Positions 14,092-31,324 of a DNA stretch of 64,000 nucleotides are shown here, piece by piece. This DNA comes from the human T2T-CHM13v2.0 reference genome, Homo sapiens. Every line of letters starts with the position of its first letter. The stretch's first letter is position 1. The notes beneath the pieces were generated by a model. That model saw only the letters and a list, made by a program, of their open reading frames with translations, ran no database searches and was not told the origin of the DNA. Made by a program: the position numbers and the translations under genes. Location: NCBI RefSeq assembly GCF_009914755.1, contig NC_060927.1. One strand, 5' to 3'.

Positions 14092-14470
14092 CTTTTTTTA
14101 GATTCAGGGGCTACATGTGCAGGTACTTGTTACCTGGCTATATTGTGTGATGCTGAGGTTTGGGATATGAATTATCCTATCACCCAAGTACTGAACATAG
14201 TACCCAATAGTTAGTTTTTGAACCCTTGCCTGCCTCCCTCCCCACTCTAGCAGCCTCTAGTTTCTATTGTTGCCATCTTTATGTCTATGAGTACCCAGTG
14301 TTTAGCTCCCACTTATAAGTGAGAACATGCGGTATTGGTTTTCTGTTCCTGGGTTAGTTCATTTAGGATTATGGCCTCCAGCTACATCCATGTTGCTGCA
14401 AAGGACATGATATCATTCCTTTTTTATGACTGCATACTATTCCGTGATGCATTTGTACCACATTTTCTCT
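14092..14470 (-). mobile_element. L1PA15/16-like 3' end
   Basis: GATGCTGAGGTTTGGG...CTCCCACTTATAAGTGAGAACATG. Confidence 0.85.
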
Positions 14471-14554
14471 AAGTTATTTTTATCATGCGGCAGACATGAC
14501 TAACTATCCATCAAAATATGTGACCCCCTGCCATAGATAGGATTGTCCCTGGGA

Positions 14555-15019
<465 letters not shown>

Positions 15020-15029
15020 CACTTGGGAG

Positions 15030-15350
15030 CAGTTGCTCAGCTAGGGACTCTAATTCTCAGCTTCTTTGCATGTGAGTAGTTCTTACCAATGGCATATAGT
15101 GAGAAATGATGTGTAATGTGTGCCACTTCCTGGCTGAGGTGGTTAAGATGTGTGTTCTCCACTTTCTTTTTCCACTTCTGCCTGTATGCAGAAGACCTGT
15201 GAGGCCCTAGGGGAGGAACAGGTCACAAGGAGAAAGCCTGAGTCTCCACACTGCAAACGGACAAGAGCTGCTTTGGACTGTTCTGTGGGTGAAAAATCAA
15301 TACAGTTAAATCTGCAAAACTGTGGGGTTTATTTGTTATGGCAGTTAGTA
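15030..15350 (+). mobile_element. MLT1J-like LTR
   Basis: TGTGCCACTTCCTGGCTGAG...GGGGTTTATTTGTTATGGCAG. Confidence 0.65.
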
Positions 15351-15502
15351 GTACTCTATTTTATGTTCCATTAAAAATTGATACATGAATATTTTCTCCA
15401 AGGTTCTATATTGCCTACTTTACAGCTATAGTTGAATATCTCAAAGGTGTCTCAAATGGCATGTCCAAGCCTGAATTTGTGATTTCACCAGCTTCAGGTT
15501 AA

Positions 15503-15955
<453 letters not shown>

Positions 15956-16264
15956 TAAATTGGCCCATCGCCTTCTATTTTCTTTGCCACCACCTGTATC
16001 TTTTGTGTGGCCTATGGCTATTGTCCACATTCTCTTACCCTCTTATTCAGTACGGCCTCTCAGCCAATCCAGTTTTCTCTCTTGCAGCCAGAGTTGACCT
16101 TTTCAAAACCAAGATCTCTTCTGGTCACTCCCCTGGCAAAGACTCTCAGTAGATTCCGATAGCTCTTAGGATAGGGATTGGAACCTTTAATGTGGCTTTC
16201 AAGGCTCTGCATGATCTGGCCCCTGCCTGCCTTTGCTGGTTCATTTTGCAACATGCTCCCTCTT

Positions 16265-16576
<312 letters not shown>

Positions 16577-17226
16577 GCTCCCTCTTTTCTAAGTGCCAGC
16601 CATACTAACCTCCTCCGCTTCCTTGAATGCTGCCTGCATCCTTCCTTTCTCCCTGAGCTTTTGTACAAGCTGTGTCCTTTGCAAGGTATGTTTCCCTCCG
16701 ACTCTTAGCCAGGCAAATCCTTATTTTTTTCAGTTTTTAGAACTCAACCCAGTCTGTTTCAGGGAAGGCTTTACTGACTTCACTAAGCCAGTTTCCACTC
16801 TTCTGAATTCTCTCTTTTTTTAAAAAAACAATTTTACTTACTTTTTAATCTGGCTTAATAAAGGCAAATTCTGAGTTCTCATAGCAGCAAGGGGCATTCT
16901 TTTGTAGCCCTTGCCACAGGACAGAAAATGTCTCTTTCAGTGCTTATCACTAGATCTTCAATAAGCATTTGTGTGAGGTAGGGCTTTAGCTTAAATGTTT
17001 TCTAAATGAATATCCTACTCCTATTGTCCTCATCTATCGAACAAGTCTTCCTTTCTCTACTGATTTTAAATACCATTTTACCTAAATGTATTCTGATTCA
17101 CAATGAGTCTCTTTTCAAGTTTCCTACTCTCTTTCATTTCTGTCGTCTATTATTGCACCAATGGTAGACTTAAAAAATCTTTTAATAGCCAGTGGATCAA
17201 GTCCTACTTACTGTTAAAACATTTCG

Positions 17227-17420
17227 TTTGACTCACTGCAACCTCCACCTCCTGGGTTGAAGTGATCCACCTGCCTCAGCCTCCCGAGTAGCTGGGATTA
17301 CAGGCCACATCATCATGCCAGGTTAATTTTTGTATTTTTAGTAGAGATGGGGTTTCACCATGTTGGCCAGGCTGGTCTCGAACTCTTGAGCTCAAGTGAT
17401 CCACCCACCTTGGCCTCCCA
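17227..17420 (-). mobile_element. AluS with 3' internal deletion
   Basis: Lacks about 50 nt next to the tail; flanked by ttaaaacatttc on both sides. Confidence 0.85.
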
Positions 17421-17801
17421 AATTACTGGGATTACAGGTGTGAACCACTGTGTCTCACCTTAAAACATTTCTTGACTATCCTCAAACATTCATTTTCTCA
17501 TTCAGAGGAAACTTATACTCAATTTATCAAGTTTCATTATGAAATTATATTGGGATTTTGATTTAGTTTGCTTTGATAATTTATGAATTAATTTGGGAAA
17601 GAAATGATTCCTTCACAAAAGTGAGCCTTCACATTCAAGGGCATGGAATGTTTTTCCCTTTATTCAGGCCACCTTTTGTGTTTGGGAGTGAATTTTTATA
17701 GTTTTATTCATATCAGTTTTGTACACTTTTTCAGGTGCATTCTCAGACATTTTATAATTTTTGTTGCTGTAATGAATGGAATTTTAAAAATTACAATTTC
17801 T

Positions 17802-18084
17802 GCTTGGGCACGGTGGCTTACACCTGTAGTTCTAGCACTTTGGGAGGATGAGGGAGGTGAATCACTTGAGCCCAAGAGTTCAAGACCAGCCTGGCAATAT
17901 GGTGAAACCTCATCTCTACAAGAATTCAAAAATTTGCTTGGCATGGTTGTATGCACCTGTTGTCCTAGCTACTCGGGTGGCTGAAGTGGGAGGATTGCTT
18001 GAGCCCAGGAGGCAGAGGCTGCAGTGAGCCAGCCCGGGTGACAGAGTGAGACCCTGTCTAAAAATAATAAAATAAAATAAAATA
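17802..18084 (+). mobile_element. AluJ
   Basis: GAGGATTGCTTGAGCCCAGG; (TAAAA)n tail. Confidence 0.9.
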
Positions 18085-18118
18085 GTACAATTTTTAATTG
18101 CTTATTAATGGTAAATAA

Positions 18119-18511
<393 letters not shown>

Positions 18512-18970
18512 TAGTTGCTATGTTGGATTTTCTAGGTTGCTTTCTAGGGTGCCGCTTCTAGATTTTCTAGCATTGCTTCTTTATTTCTATGATTTATATC
18601 TTATATATTTTTTCTTGTCTTATTGTCTCTCGTATGCATCCATACAGTGTTTAACAATAGCAAGGATCATGGGAGCCAACCGCAGCACGTGGTTATTTCC
18701 TGAGGTCAGGAGACTTAGTGTGTATAATGGAGAGACACTGTCCCCTCCTCTTTACCCCTAGACTGCTTTCAGCTTCTCTGGTACCTTTTCCTTTTGTTAC
18801 CATATCATTCATTTGCAGTTTGGCTTTTAGATGTTCCACCTTAGGTTACTATTTTCTTCCTTGTGCTTTGTATTATTTGAAATTTTCATTTCAAAGGAGA
18901 AAGGGAATCAAGTGTGAGCACTGAACTCTCCTCTTGAGACTTTGGCAGATCTATAATCTTATACAATTAG

Positions 18971-19577
<607 letters not shown>

Positions 19578-19709
19578 TAATTGGCATTTCTCTGATTACT
19601 GCTGAGGTTGTGTCCCAATATGTTTATTGGGCATTTGTGTTTTGTCTTTGAAATTCCTATTTGTGTTTGTTGCCCATTTTTCTGTGGGTACTTTAAAAAC
19701 CTTTATTGA

Positions 19710-20024
<315 letters not shown>

Positions 20025-20354
20025 TAGATATTCTTTATATATTCTGGATATTAATCCGCTGTCAGTAATATTAAATACCTGCTTTGTGCATTATCTTGTC
20101 ATCCTTTTTTTCCACGAACATCTTAGTGTTTCGGATGGCAGTTTTCTGTTGCTGTGGTTTCATTATAAATCTGATTTCTCCCTAACTTCCAGGAATTCTT
20201 TAAGATTTCTGTTAACGATGCTGTTTATTTTTGCCAAGATTGTTATAAATGTTATTATTTAAAAATACGTTTTTTTCTGTCACTTTAAAGGTATTTGGGT
20301 TATGATAGAGAATAGCATTTGTGTTCACTTTGCCATCTTTATCCAGTTTTTGAT

Positions 20355-21012
20355 ATCTTTATTTAAATTAACAAGTAAAAATTATATATATTTATCATAC
20401 ACAACATGTTTGGAATATGTATATATTGTGGAATGGCTAAACCAAGCTAATTAACATGTACATTACCTCACATATTTATCATTTTTTTTTCTGGTGATGA
20501 GAACACTTTTTTTTGTGATAGTCAAGAATATAATACATTGTTATTAACTATAGTCACTATGTTGTACAGGGGATCTGTTGAATTTATTTCTCCTGTCTAC
20601 CTAAAATTTTGTAACCTTGGACCAACATCCCCCCAATCCCCCTACAAACCCCACTGTTCTCCTCTCTACTTCTATGAATTCACCTTTTTCAGATTCCACG
20701 TATAAGTGAGATCATGTGGTGTTTGTCCTTCTTTGTTTGTCTTATTTCACTTAATGTAATGTCCTCCAGGTTCATCCATGTTATTGCAAATGACAGGATT
20801 TTCTTCTTTTTTAAAGGCTGAATAGTATTCCATTGTGCGTACTATTTACATTATCTTTATTCATTTGTCTGCTAATAGATAGGTTGATTTCCCATCTTGC
20901 CTATTGCGAATAGTGCTATAATGAACAGGGGAATGCAGATATTCCTTAAATACACTGATTTCATTTCCTTTGGGTATATACTCAGAATTAAGGTTGCTGG
21001 ATCATGTGGCAA
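20355..21012 (-). mobile_element. L1MA-type 3' end
   Basis: TGTGGAATGGCTAAA..AAGCTAATTAACAT..CATTACCTCACATA; AGATTCCACGTATAAGTGAGATCATG. Confidence 0.85.
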
Positions 21013-21443
21013 TTATTTTTTAAAATAATTTTTTCTCTTCCTTCTCTAGAACCATTTCTGTATCTCTTTTTCCTCAGCTCCCTTTTTCCAAGCATCCAGC
21101 TAATCATCTTTAACCTGAAGTATTTGCTATTGTAGAAGTCCTATCTGATTTTGAGGTTACTCTCAGAGGTGAGGACTACATACTCCAGGAAGTTTTAAGC
21201 TGCCACATGGGGAAACATCTTGTTGCCCCCTCAGGAATTTCCAATGTGCTGCACTTAAAAAAAAATTACCATCAGACTTGCCTTCACACGTCAGCGAAGG
21301 CGTTTTATAGTTAACTGAATTTCCTGGTATACTCCAGGTTCAACCCAAACTGTTTACAAGCCAAAGCTTGCTGTTTAAAAGTCTTGCTGATATCCATTAG
21401 TTCATTTTCTTACCTTAGTGGGGCAAACTCATGAAAACATTTA

Positions 21444-22315
<872 letters not shown>

Positions 22316-22627
22316 ACTTCTGCATTCTTTTGTGACCCCCATCACAGAGATAGGCCTTCTTTCTGTGCCCTGGGGGTGCCTCATGTATTACTCAGCCACA
22401 ACATGCATTGCAACATACTGTGATGTGTTTATGTTTGTTTTCCCCACTAGACCAAGAGAACTCCGAGATATATCCCATTCATCTCTCATTCCAGTGATTG
22501 AGGCAGAGTATGAGTCAAGTAAACATTGAATGAATTGATGAAAAATAATCAAGAATAACAGTTCTTAAGTTTTTCAGATAATAACATCAGAAGTGTCAAA
22601 GACTGGACAAAAATTCACTGTCTTACA

Positions 22628-23208
22628 TGGGTGAGTTCATCCTGGTTTGCCTGGGACTTTCCCGGTTTTGGCACTGAATATCCCATGTCATGGGGAATCC
22701 CTGGGAGATTTACGACTGAAAGAAGTTCATTTTTTTGGGACAGGGTCTCACTCTATCACCCAGGATGAAGTGCAGGGGTGCGATCTCAGCTCACTGCAGC
22801 CTCGACTTCCCAGGCTCATGCGATCCTCCCGCCTTCAGCCTCTCCAGCAGCTGGGACTACAGGCTCCCACCATCATGCCCAGCTAATTTTTGTATTTTTT
22901 TCTAGAGAAAGGGTTTTGCCATCTTGCCCAGGCTGGTCTAGATCTCCTGATCTTAAATGATCTGCCTGCCTCAGCCTCCCAAAGTGCTGGAATTATAGGT
23001 GTGAGCCACCACACCCAGCATGACTGAGAGAGATATCTCCATTGGCTTCTGGCCTTCATTAGTTGAATCTTGCCTGGGGTTTGGTAACTCTCCCATGTGA
23101 GTGCCTGAAGAAACCCTGGGGTCTGGAGTGTTGGAAGAGTCCCCCAGTACATACTTGAGGCAAGGCACTATCACTGTCCCCAGAAAACTAGGACACTGAG
23201 TCTCTCTA
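22628..23208 (-). mobile_element. MER81-like hAT-Blackjack MITE split by inserts
   Basis: GGTTTGCCTGGGACTTTCCCGGTTTTGGCACTGAA (left part); GTCCCCAGAAAACTAGGAC (right part). Confidence 0.6.
22730..23020 (-). mobile_element. AluJ
   Basis: Reverse dimer with CACTGCAGCCTCGAC. Confidence 0.9.
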
Positions 23209-23224
23209 GCTCTTAAGTTGCATA

Positions 23225-23668
23225 ATTTCTGAAAGCTTAGCATGGAGACAAATATATGATGCAGGTAGTTTATTTTGGAGGTTCTGCCAAATTGCAAGGA
23301 TGAGGAGTCAGGGAGAGCAAGGGGAGAAGGAAAAGGCTGCATTAATGAGGTCAACATTGAGAGTAACTGGGGCTTAATCCTGCCTGGAACATTCCAGCCA
23401 GAATACCTCTCAGAATGGTCTGTCAGAAGATGGACTGGGAGAAGTATTTATCCATCCACTCCTGGCCCCCATTAGTTGAGGTTTCCCTGGGGGTTGGAAA
23501 CTCTCCCCGTGAGCCCTTGATGACACCTCTGGGCTCTAGAGTACTGGAGAAGTCCCAGTGTGTGCTTGAGGGAAAGCACCATCAGTGGGGGTTGCATTGA
23601 AGTCCATGAAAATGTGAGGTGAAATGAGGAGCTGAGAGATGTGAGCTGGGGTGTTAGAGGTGTCTACA
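23225..23668 (-). mobile_element. LTR16-family LTR (donor of the local duplications)
   Basis: GCAGGTAGTTTATTTTGGAGGT...AACTGGGGCTTAATCC...GTATTTATCCATCCACTCC...GTGTCTACA. Confidence 0.7.
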
Positions 23669-24356
23669 TGTGCTAGCCTTAGGATTTGTCCTGAGCCTGG
23701 CTGTTTGGAATTCCATCTCTAATATCTGCTCTTGTGTGTGTATGTGTGTGTGATACACCCTGAGATTTCCTCTAAAAGTGGAGCACAGAAAAACAGTCAG
23801 CTGACATGCTCGTTGCAGCCTGTCAGCTTCCTATTAGTCAAAGTGTGATTTAGACAGAGGAGGTCTTCACCTTGAGGCTTCTCCTGGGCTGATGAATTGC
23901 TTTCTCTCCTCTTGTTTGCAGGGTAGGAGTAAATTTCTATAAGTATATTGAGAGCCAAAGAGTAAATCTTTGTCCAGAGGAGGCAAACTAAGTAATTGTG
24001 AAAGATGAAATACATGACATTCAAGTGCAATGGAGAGTGTCATTAATTAATTTGAGACTGAACCTGAAGGAATCATTTGAATACGACTGTGTGCCAGCTC
24101 AGCTGTTAATTAATCTGAGGCTGGGCTTTCTTTAAAAGGGAAGGTGTTGCTTTTTCAAGCCAGCCTAGAAAAAGAACAATTCATAATTGGATTGAATTGA
24201 TGCTACTTGGGGGCTTTGTCGGATTGAATCAGGCCAGTGATGCCTTTTTTTTCTTAATAAAGAGTTCCCCCTTTATTCTATTTATTATTAAAATTTATTT
24301 TATTACCAAAATTTAAAAAGTGAAATAGGACACAAAGCCTTAAAATTTAAAAACCT

Positions 24357-24679
24357 GGCTGGGCGTGGTGGCCCATGCCTGTAATCCAAGCACTTTGGGA
24401 TGCCGAGGCAGGGGCATCTCTTGAGCCCAGATGTTCGAGCCTGGGTAACATAGGGAGAACCCATCTACAGAAAAAAAAAAAAAAGTTTAAAAAAAATTTA
24501 GCCAGGTGTGGTGGTTGTGCCTGTAATCTCAGCTACTTGGAATTAGCTGAGGCAGAAGGATCGCATGAGCCCAGGAGTTGGAGGTTGCAGTGAGCCATGA
24601 TCACACCACTGCACTCCAGCCTGGGTAACAGAGGGAGACCCTGTCCCAAAAAAACAAAACAAAAAATTAAAAAAAAAAT
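24357..24679 (+). mobile_element. AluJ
   Basis: GTGAGCCATGATCACACCACTGCAC; long middle A tract. Confidence 0.9.
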
Positions 24680-24970
24680 GTTTCCTACCCTACCCAAACC
24701 CCTTAGTCTTGTTTCTGGGAGGGACCCACTTTCTATCCATGTAGCAGTTGTGTCTGGAATTCCTGAATACTATCGTGGTTTGTTTATTTTAGACTTTTAA
24801 AAATTGATTTATTGACTTCTACTTGCGGTAGATGAGCATTTAGCTCTTTTACAGGGCTCCCATCCCACCCTGTCATTCAGCTGCTTTGCTCTTCTTGGTC
24901 TCCTGATACAGTCTAGTAAGTGTTTCTGGTTAGAGTAATATTCAGTGTTTATGTGATTATGCCTATGTAA

Positions 24971-25333
<363 letters not shown>

Positions 25334-25545
25334 TCGTATTATTTTTTCCCAAGTTGTTAATTGCATTAACATTTGCTTAGTTTTCTTTGTACCTATTGCT
25401 AATTTATCACACACCTTCCAGCAGATAACTCACTAGTCTCACTCTCCTACTTCCCAGTCTCATTCTTCCACTTCCCAGACTTCCCTCCTGGAGTCTTCCA
25501 CCTTTCTGCTCAGATCTGGACTCTGTACTCTCTGGGCCTACTGTC

Positions 25546-25703
25546 CTCCGCCTGCCACCAAGCCCGGCTAATTTTTGTATTTTTAGTAGAGACAGGTGTT
25601 TCACCATCTTGGCCAGGCTGGTCTTGAACTCCTGACCTTGTGATCCGCCTGCCTCGGCCTCCCAAAGTTCTGGGATTTCAGGCGTGAGCCATCATGCCCA
25701 GCC
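25546..25703 (-). mobile_element. AluSg-like fragment (left arm and linker)
   Basis: GACCTTGTGATCCG; right arm and tail missing. Confidence 0.85.
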
Positions 25704-26169
25704 GGCTTCTTTTCATCCTGGAAGTTTTCCCTCTGCTCTACTCTGTTGGGTCTTCTGTTTCTTAAATCCTATGCCTTCCCCTGCTTTAGCTATTTTTTTC
25801 CATTTCTCTCTGAAGCTTTTATAATCTCTTTATTTATTCCTCCTCTTCTAAAATCCTGCAATGATTGTGGGGGTGTCTTTTGAAATTTACTGTGCTTGGT
25901 TCTAAATGGTCATTTTCTATCCAAAGATTCACTTACTCCAGTTCTGTAAGTGTTCTTATTTTTTATTTCTTCCTCTCAATATTTTTCAGTCTTCATTTCT
26001 AGAACTCCAATGATTTGCATAGTGAACCTTGTCAATTGAGCTTCTCATTCTTACTCTTTTCTGTCTATTTCACTCATTTTATTTCTTTCTATTTATAATT
26101 GGGGCAATCTCTTTGATTTCCTTTTCTAACCTTCCTAGTGATTTTTAACTGTGACTACCATAGTTTTAG

Positions 26170-26501
<332 letters not shown>

Positions 26502-26640
26502 GCTATGTCTATGATTTTAAGTTGTATTTTTTTAATAAGTTGCTTTTTTTGATGTCCTGCATAGCTCAGTTTCTTCCTATTCTTTTCTATTTGTTTGCTT
26601 TGCTCTATGTATTTTATGTTCAAGGCTGTCTTTATTATGT

Positions 26641-27328
<688 letters not shown>

Positions 27329-27774
27329 TGAGCGTTGGTGGGGCTTGCTCATTGGTGGCCATCATTTCAGAATGATCTGGTAGGAAGCTGGCTTTTTCAC
27401 TGGGAGATTCCACGATTTTAGTACCTGGCCATCTTTTCTCTGGGCTTGCCCAGTTTCTCTTGACAAGGATCTTTCTATCCCTCTTGGAGGTTCTCCAGCT
27501 TGGCTGTGGGATTTCTGGGAGATTGGCTGGGAAAGGAAGTTAAAAGGGATTCTTCTCATTCAGGAGGCTGACTTTCTGTCAATCCACTGCGTTTAATCCA
27601 GGACCTCACAGCCAACTCTCCACTATACCTGAATTTCCAGAATCTGGAGCTTCCCTCGTACACTTTCCCGGAGGTTAGAACATTCTTTCCCTGCAGAGGT
27701 CAGGGAGGGTATGAGCCTGAGATCTAACTGTCCCTGATGTAGATTTTCAGTCAAAACTCCTGCTTTTCAGTAAG

Positions 27775-28182
27775 TGCTGTACACGGTGATGTGCCTCCCA
27801 AATTCCCCTTCAAGAAAGGACCTGCCGCTCCAGTTTCTGTTGGCAGACAGCCTTCAGTTGTCATTCCTTTATGGACCATCTCAGATCGAGGTTGTGTCCT
27901 TTCCTGGTGGTCCACATCCAGTTACTGATGGAGGAAGAGATATAAAGGCCTGGCCATGTTCTCTTTACCTGGCATAATTCGGATGGGCCATTTGGCTCCA
28001 GAGCTCACCATTGGGTTAACTGAGGCTGCTGGACCTACATCAAAGGCTTGGATTCCCTTCTGCCTGATCCTTTCCTCTCTCTCTTTCATAGGTGTGGATT
28101 CCAAGGGTGCTCTCTAATGTACATCCTGTCCACTGAACTGCATCCAGACTCTGCTTCTCAGGAAGATAAACCCCATGAAAAC
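27775..28182 (+). mobile_element. LTR16A-like LTR
   Basis: GATATAAAGGCCTGGCC (TATA), GCTCCAGAGCTC, CTTCTGCCTGATCC. Confidence 0.7.
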
Positions 28183-28204
28183 AGTCCAGGCTTAGTTTTC
28201 TGTA

Positions 28205-28330
28205 TAACTTCCTATTTCTGTAGCCAAGGCAATCCCCACAGGGGCTGACAGCTGCAGGCACTTCCAGCAGCTGGGCAAAAAGTCCTTTCTTGAAGGGGGA
28301 TCTGGAATACACATCACTGTGTCCATGTGG
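28205..28330 (-). mobile_element. LTR16A-like 5' fragment, inverted
   Basis: Reverse complement shares CCCCTTCAAGAAAGGAC with the start of the adjacent LTR. Confidence 0.65.
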
Positions 28331-28419
28331 CTGGACATCTGTCTACCCAGATGAAATGCACTGGGCTGGGGCAACTTAACTAAGGGTACTCATTCTCAGG
28401 GGTGGAGGAGGAAGTACAC

Positions 28420-28830
28420 TATTATAGAAGTGGGATAGGCTTTGGACTCAACTTGATTTGAGTAATCTTCAATGGGTCACTTGAAAACTGTTACTTTAGA
28501 CAAGTTACTTCACCGTTCTGGATTTCATGTTCTTTTTTCTTTCTTTTTCTTTTTTAAAGAGATGGAGTTTTGCTGAAGTGCAGTGGCTATTCACAGGCCC
28601 ATTATAGTGTACTATAACTGAGAACTCCTGGCCTCAAGTGATCCTCCCGCCTCAGCCTCCTGGGTAGCTGGGGCAACAGGTGTGCACCACAGTGCCTGGC
28701 TCTGGATTTCATTTTACTATTTATAAAATATAAAAAATAATGCCCATCTCTTAGAGCTGTTGTGAGGGTTATGTCAATAATTTATGAAAAGTTCCCAGAG
28801 TAGCAGCTCGTGCATAATGGTGCTCACCCA
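28420..28830 (+). mobile_element. MIR split by FAM
   Basis: GACAAGTTACTTCACC | GAGCTGTTGTGAGGGTTA. Confidence 0.65.
28532..28700 (-). mobile_element. FAM (fossil Alu monomer)
   Basis: 7SL-derived GTGCAGTGGCTATTCACAGG; TSD tctggatttcat. Confidence 0.85.
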
Positions 28831-29252
28831 CATACTCTGTTTTCCAGAATCTTCCTGAGTAAAGTATAAGGAATAAGAGGATGTTGACATGTCTGGTTCA
28901 AACTAGGTATCATCATATGAAAAATGTTTATGGGCCAATCTATAGGAATGTTTCTGGCAGTGTGTTACAGAACTCTATCCTTGTTCCTAAAATATTTTTA
29001 CTTATTTATTTTCTTAAAAAGTTATTTTAAAATTACACAAGCACTGCAAAACGGTGTTCTCATTGTAATATATTCAAGTAGATAAATCTGAAGTTACTCT
29101 TGATCATCTCCCCAGAGTCATTACAGTTACCAGTTTAGTGTGTCTCTTTTAAGGCTCTTTTAAAATATGTTTGCATAATATATGGACATAGAGGAAGATT
29201 CAGTTTTGCTTTTACAAATATGGTAGCACACTTTATATATGTTCTGCAAATC

Positions 29253-29402
29253 GCTTTATTCTCTTAACTCAAATTTGTATTATTTATTTAACTATTTCCC
29301 CTATTGGTTCCAATACAGGAGGTAATAGGGAAATTTCTAGTGTTTTCTTTATCACAAACAGTGCTTTGATGAGTGCTTTATTCTCTTAACTCAAATTGTT
29401 TG

Positions 29403-29433
<31 letters not shown>

Positions 29434-29488
29434 ATTTCCCCTATTGGTTCCATTATAGGAAGCAATAGGTAAATTTCTAGTGTTTTCT
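29253..29488 (+). repeat. ~120-bp tandem duplication
   Basis: gctttattctcttaactcaaatt...aaatttctagtgttttct occurs at 29253 and 29375. Confidence 0.9.
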
Positions 29489-29509
29489 CTATTTTACCTT
29501 TACTCCTGC

Positions 29510-31324
29510 TATCACAAAATCCTCTGGGTGTTGTTCACCAGCCAGAAACCTCTGTGGCTGGCGGCGCCTCTGCTTGAGTTTTGCTCGCGCCTGCTGGTCT
29601 TGTTCCACTCGATTGGCCCTGCAGGCTGTGCTCAGAGATACCAGCCTGGATCCCACGCCTGCCAAGGGTGAGCCAGGCGTGGAGCAGAGTTGGGTGTGTG
29701 AGCAAGTGAGCGCAGGGTCCGGCCACTGAGCACAGTGAGGCATGCCAGGTGCTGCGGTGGGGCAGGCAGCTCCAGGCGCTGGCACAGGCACTGGCTCTGT
29801 GCAAAGCTGTGGCTGAACCAGAGGTACCGCAAGCGGCTTTTGCTGCCAGCACCGGCGTCTGGACAAGGGGAACATGGTGGCGCCTGAAAGCTCAGAGATG
29901 CCAGGAATCACAGAGCCCCCAAAGAGGGTGTTATAGCAGGTCACAGTCCTGGCTCCGGGAGCCCTGAGGTCTGGGCTCCCAGAAGGGCTGCAGCTCTTCT
30001 CTCCTTCTCGTTGCCCACAGCATGGTGAGCGGGGTTGGGTGGGGATGTTTGGCGGATGGCATGTTTCAGCCTGTTTGTGTTACAGCTTCTTCAGTCCCGT
30101 GGCTTCACTCTGGCTCGCAGCTCCTGGGATGGCCCAGCCTCACCACTGCTTCCTATTGCGTGGGGTGGTTGCCTGGTGCCAGCAGAGAGAGGGAGGGCTA
30201 TAGTGTTACAGCGCTGCATTGGGGAATCTCCAGGTCTGGGCCCTCGGAAGAGTTACCACTCTTCAGTCCTGCAGTCTGAGAGCTCAGAGAGCCAGCCAGG
30301 CACGTGTTACAGCCCCTTTCCCTCCTGCTGTTTGGCGGGTCCTGAGTTCTTGTTTTGTGCCCAGGAAGAATGAGGTTATGCAGACAACTGGACGGTGAGC
30401 AAGGCAGAGAAGTGCTTATTGGGTGACCAAACAGCTCTCAGCAGAGAGAAGAGACCTGAAGTGGGCAGCTCCTATCTGTGGCAGGTCATCCCAAGGAGTG
30501 TCTGAGTCAGGCCGAGTCCAGGGATTTTATGGGTTCAGAATGGAGGAAGTGTGTGCTGATTGGTCCATGGGCCAGGCCGTGAAAAGCACCACTTGATTGG
30601 CCAAAAGGCATCATGGAAGTTCTCACTCCAGGTCGTGGACTTCACCTGTAACTGGCAGCCTGGCCCCCAAGCTTCAGGCCTTCCCTGGCTTGAAGGTGGG
30701 GTTTCACTGGGGACTCACCCCTTCCCACCTAAGAACCTGTCTGCCTTCTGTTGCCATCAACACACCATCCACAGCTGCCAGGCTGTCCACATCAACGGGG
30801 GCCAGCAGGCCTGGGCCGAGTGCCCTCAGCCCCCGGCCTCCCTCCCATGCTTGTCAGCACCCAAAGTTTCAGCCTCAGAAGCAGTTTCCAGAGGGGGGCT
30901 GAGGCAGTGGGGGGCTGGTGTGTCAGCGTTGCCCCAAGCTCGTACACACCCGGTTGGGTTGTGGCAGCACCCCGGCTCGGCTATGGGGACATGTCCACAA
31001 CTTTGCTCCACTGTGGAGTGGGCGCTGGGAGCAGGGAGAGGCCAGGGAGTGGGAGTAGCCACTTGTGAGCCTGTGGGGACAGGGGGCTTCCTGGTCCCAG
31101 AGAGCACAGGGATGCCTGGGTCGAGAGCCACACTCGGGCAGCTGCAGCTGCGCCTGGAAGTGTGGGCTCTCATCCTGCCAACTTGGTAGGGCAGAGGGCT
31201 CCCACTGGGATCACCTGATCCTGGCCCCCACTGGCTCCACAGAGCGCTCAGTCCCGGCCGCGCCTCCCCTGCTGCAGCTGGTGTTCTCGCAGAGGCCACT
31301 CCAGATGGGCCGCCGCCACCATCA
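29510..31324 (-). mobile_element. MER52 (MER52A-like) ERV1 solo LTR, full length
   Basis: CCAGCCAGAAACCTCTGTGGC ... CCAGATGGGCCGCCGCCACCATCA; perfect 4-bp TSD ctgc; GC-rich. Confidence 0.9.
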
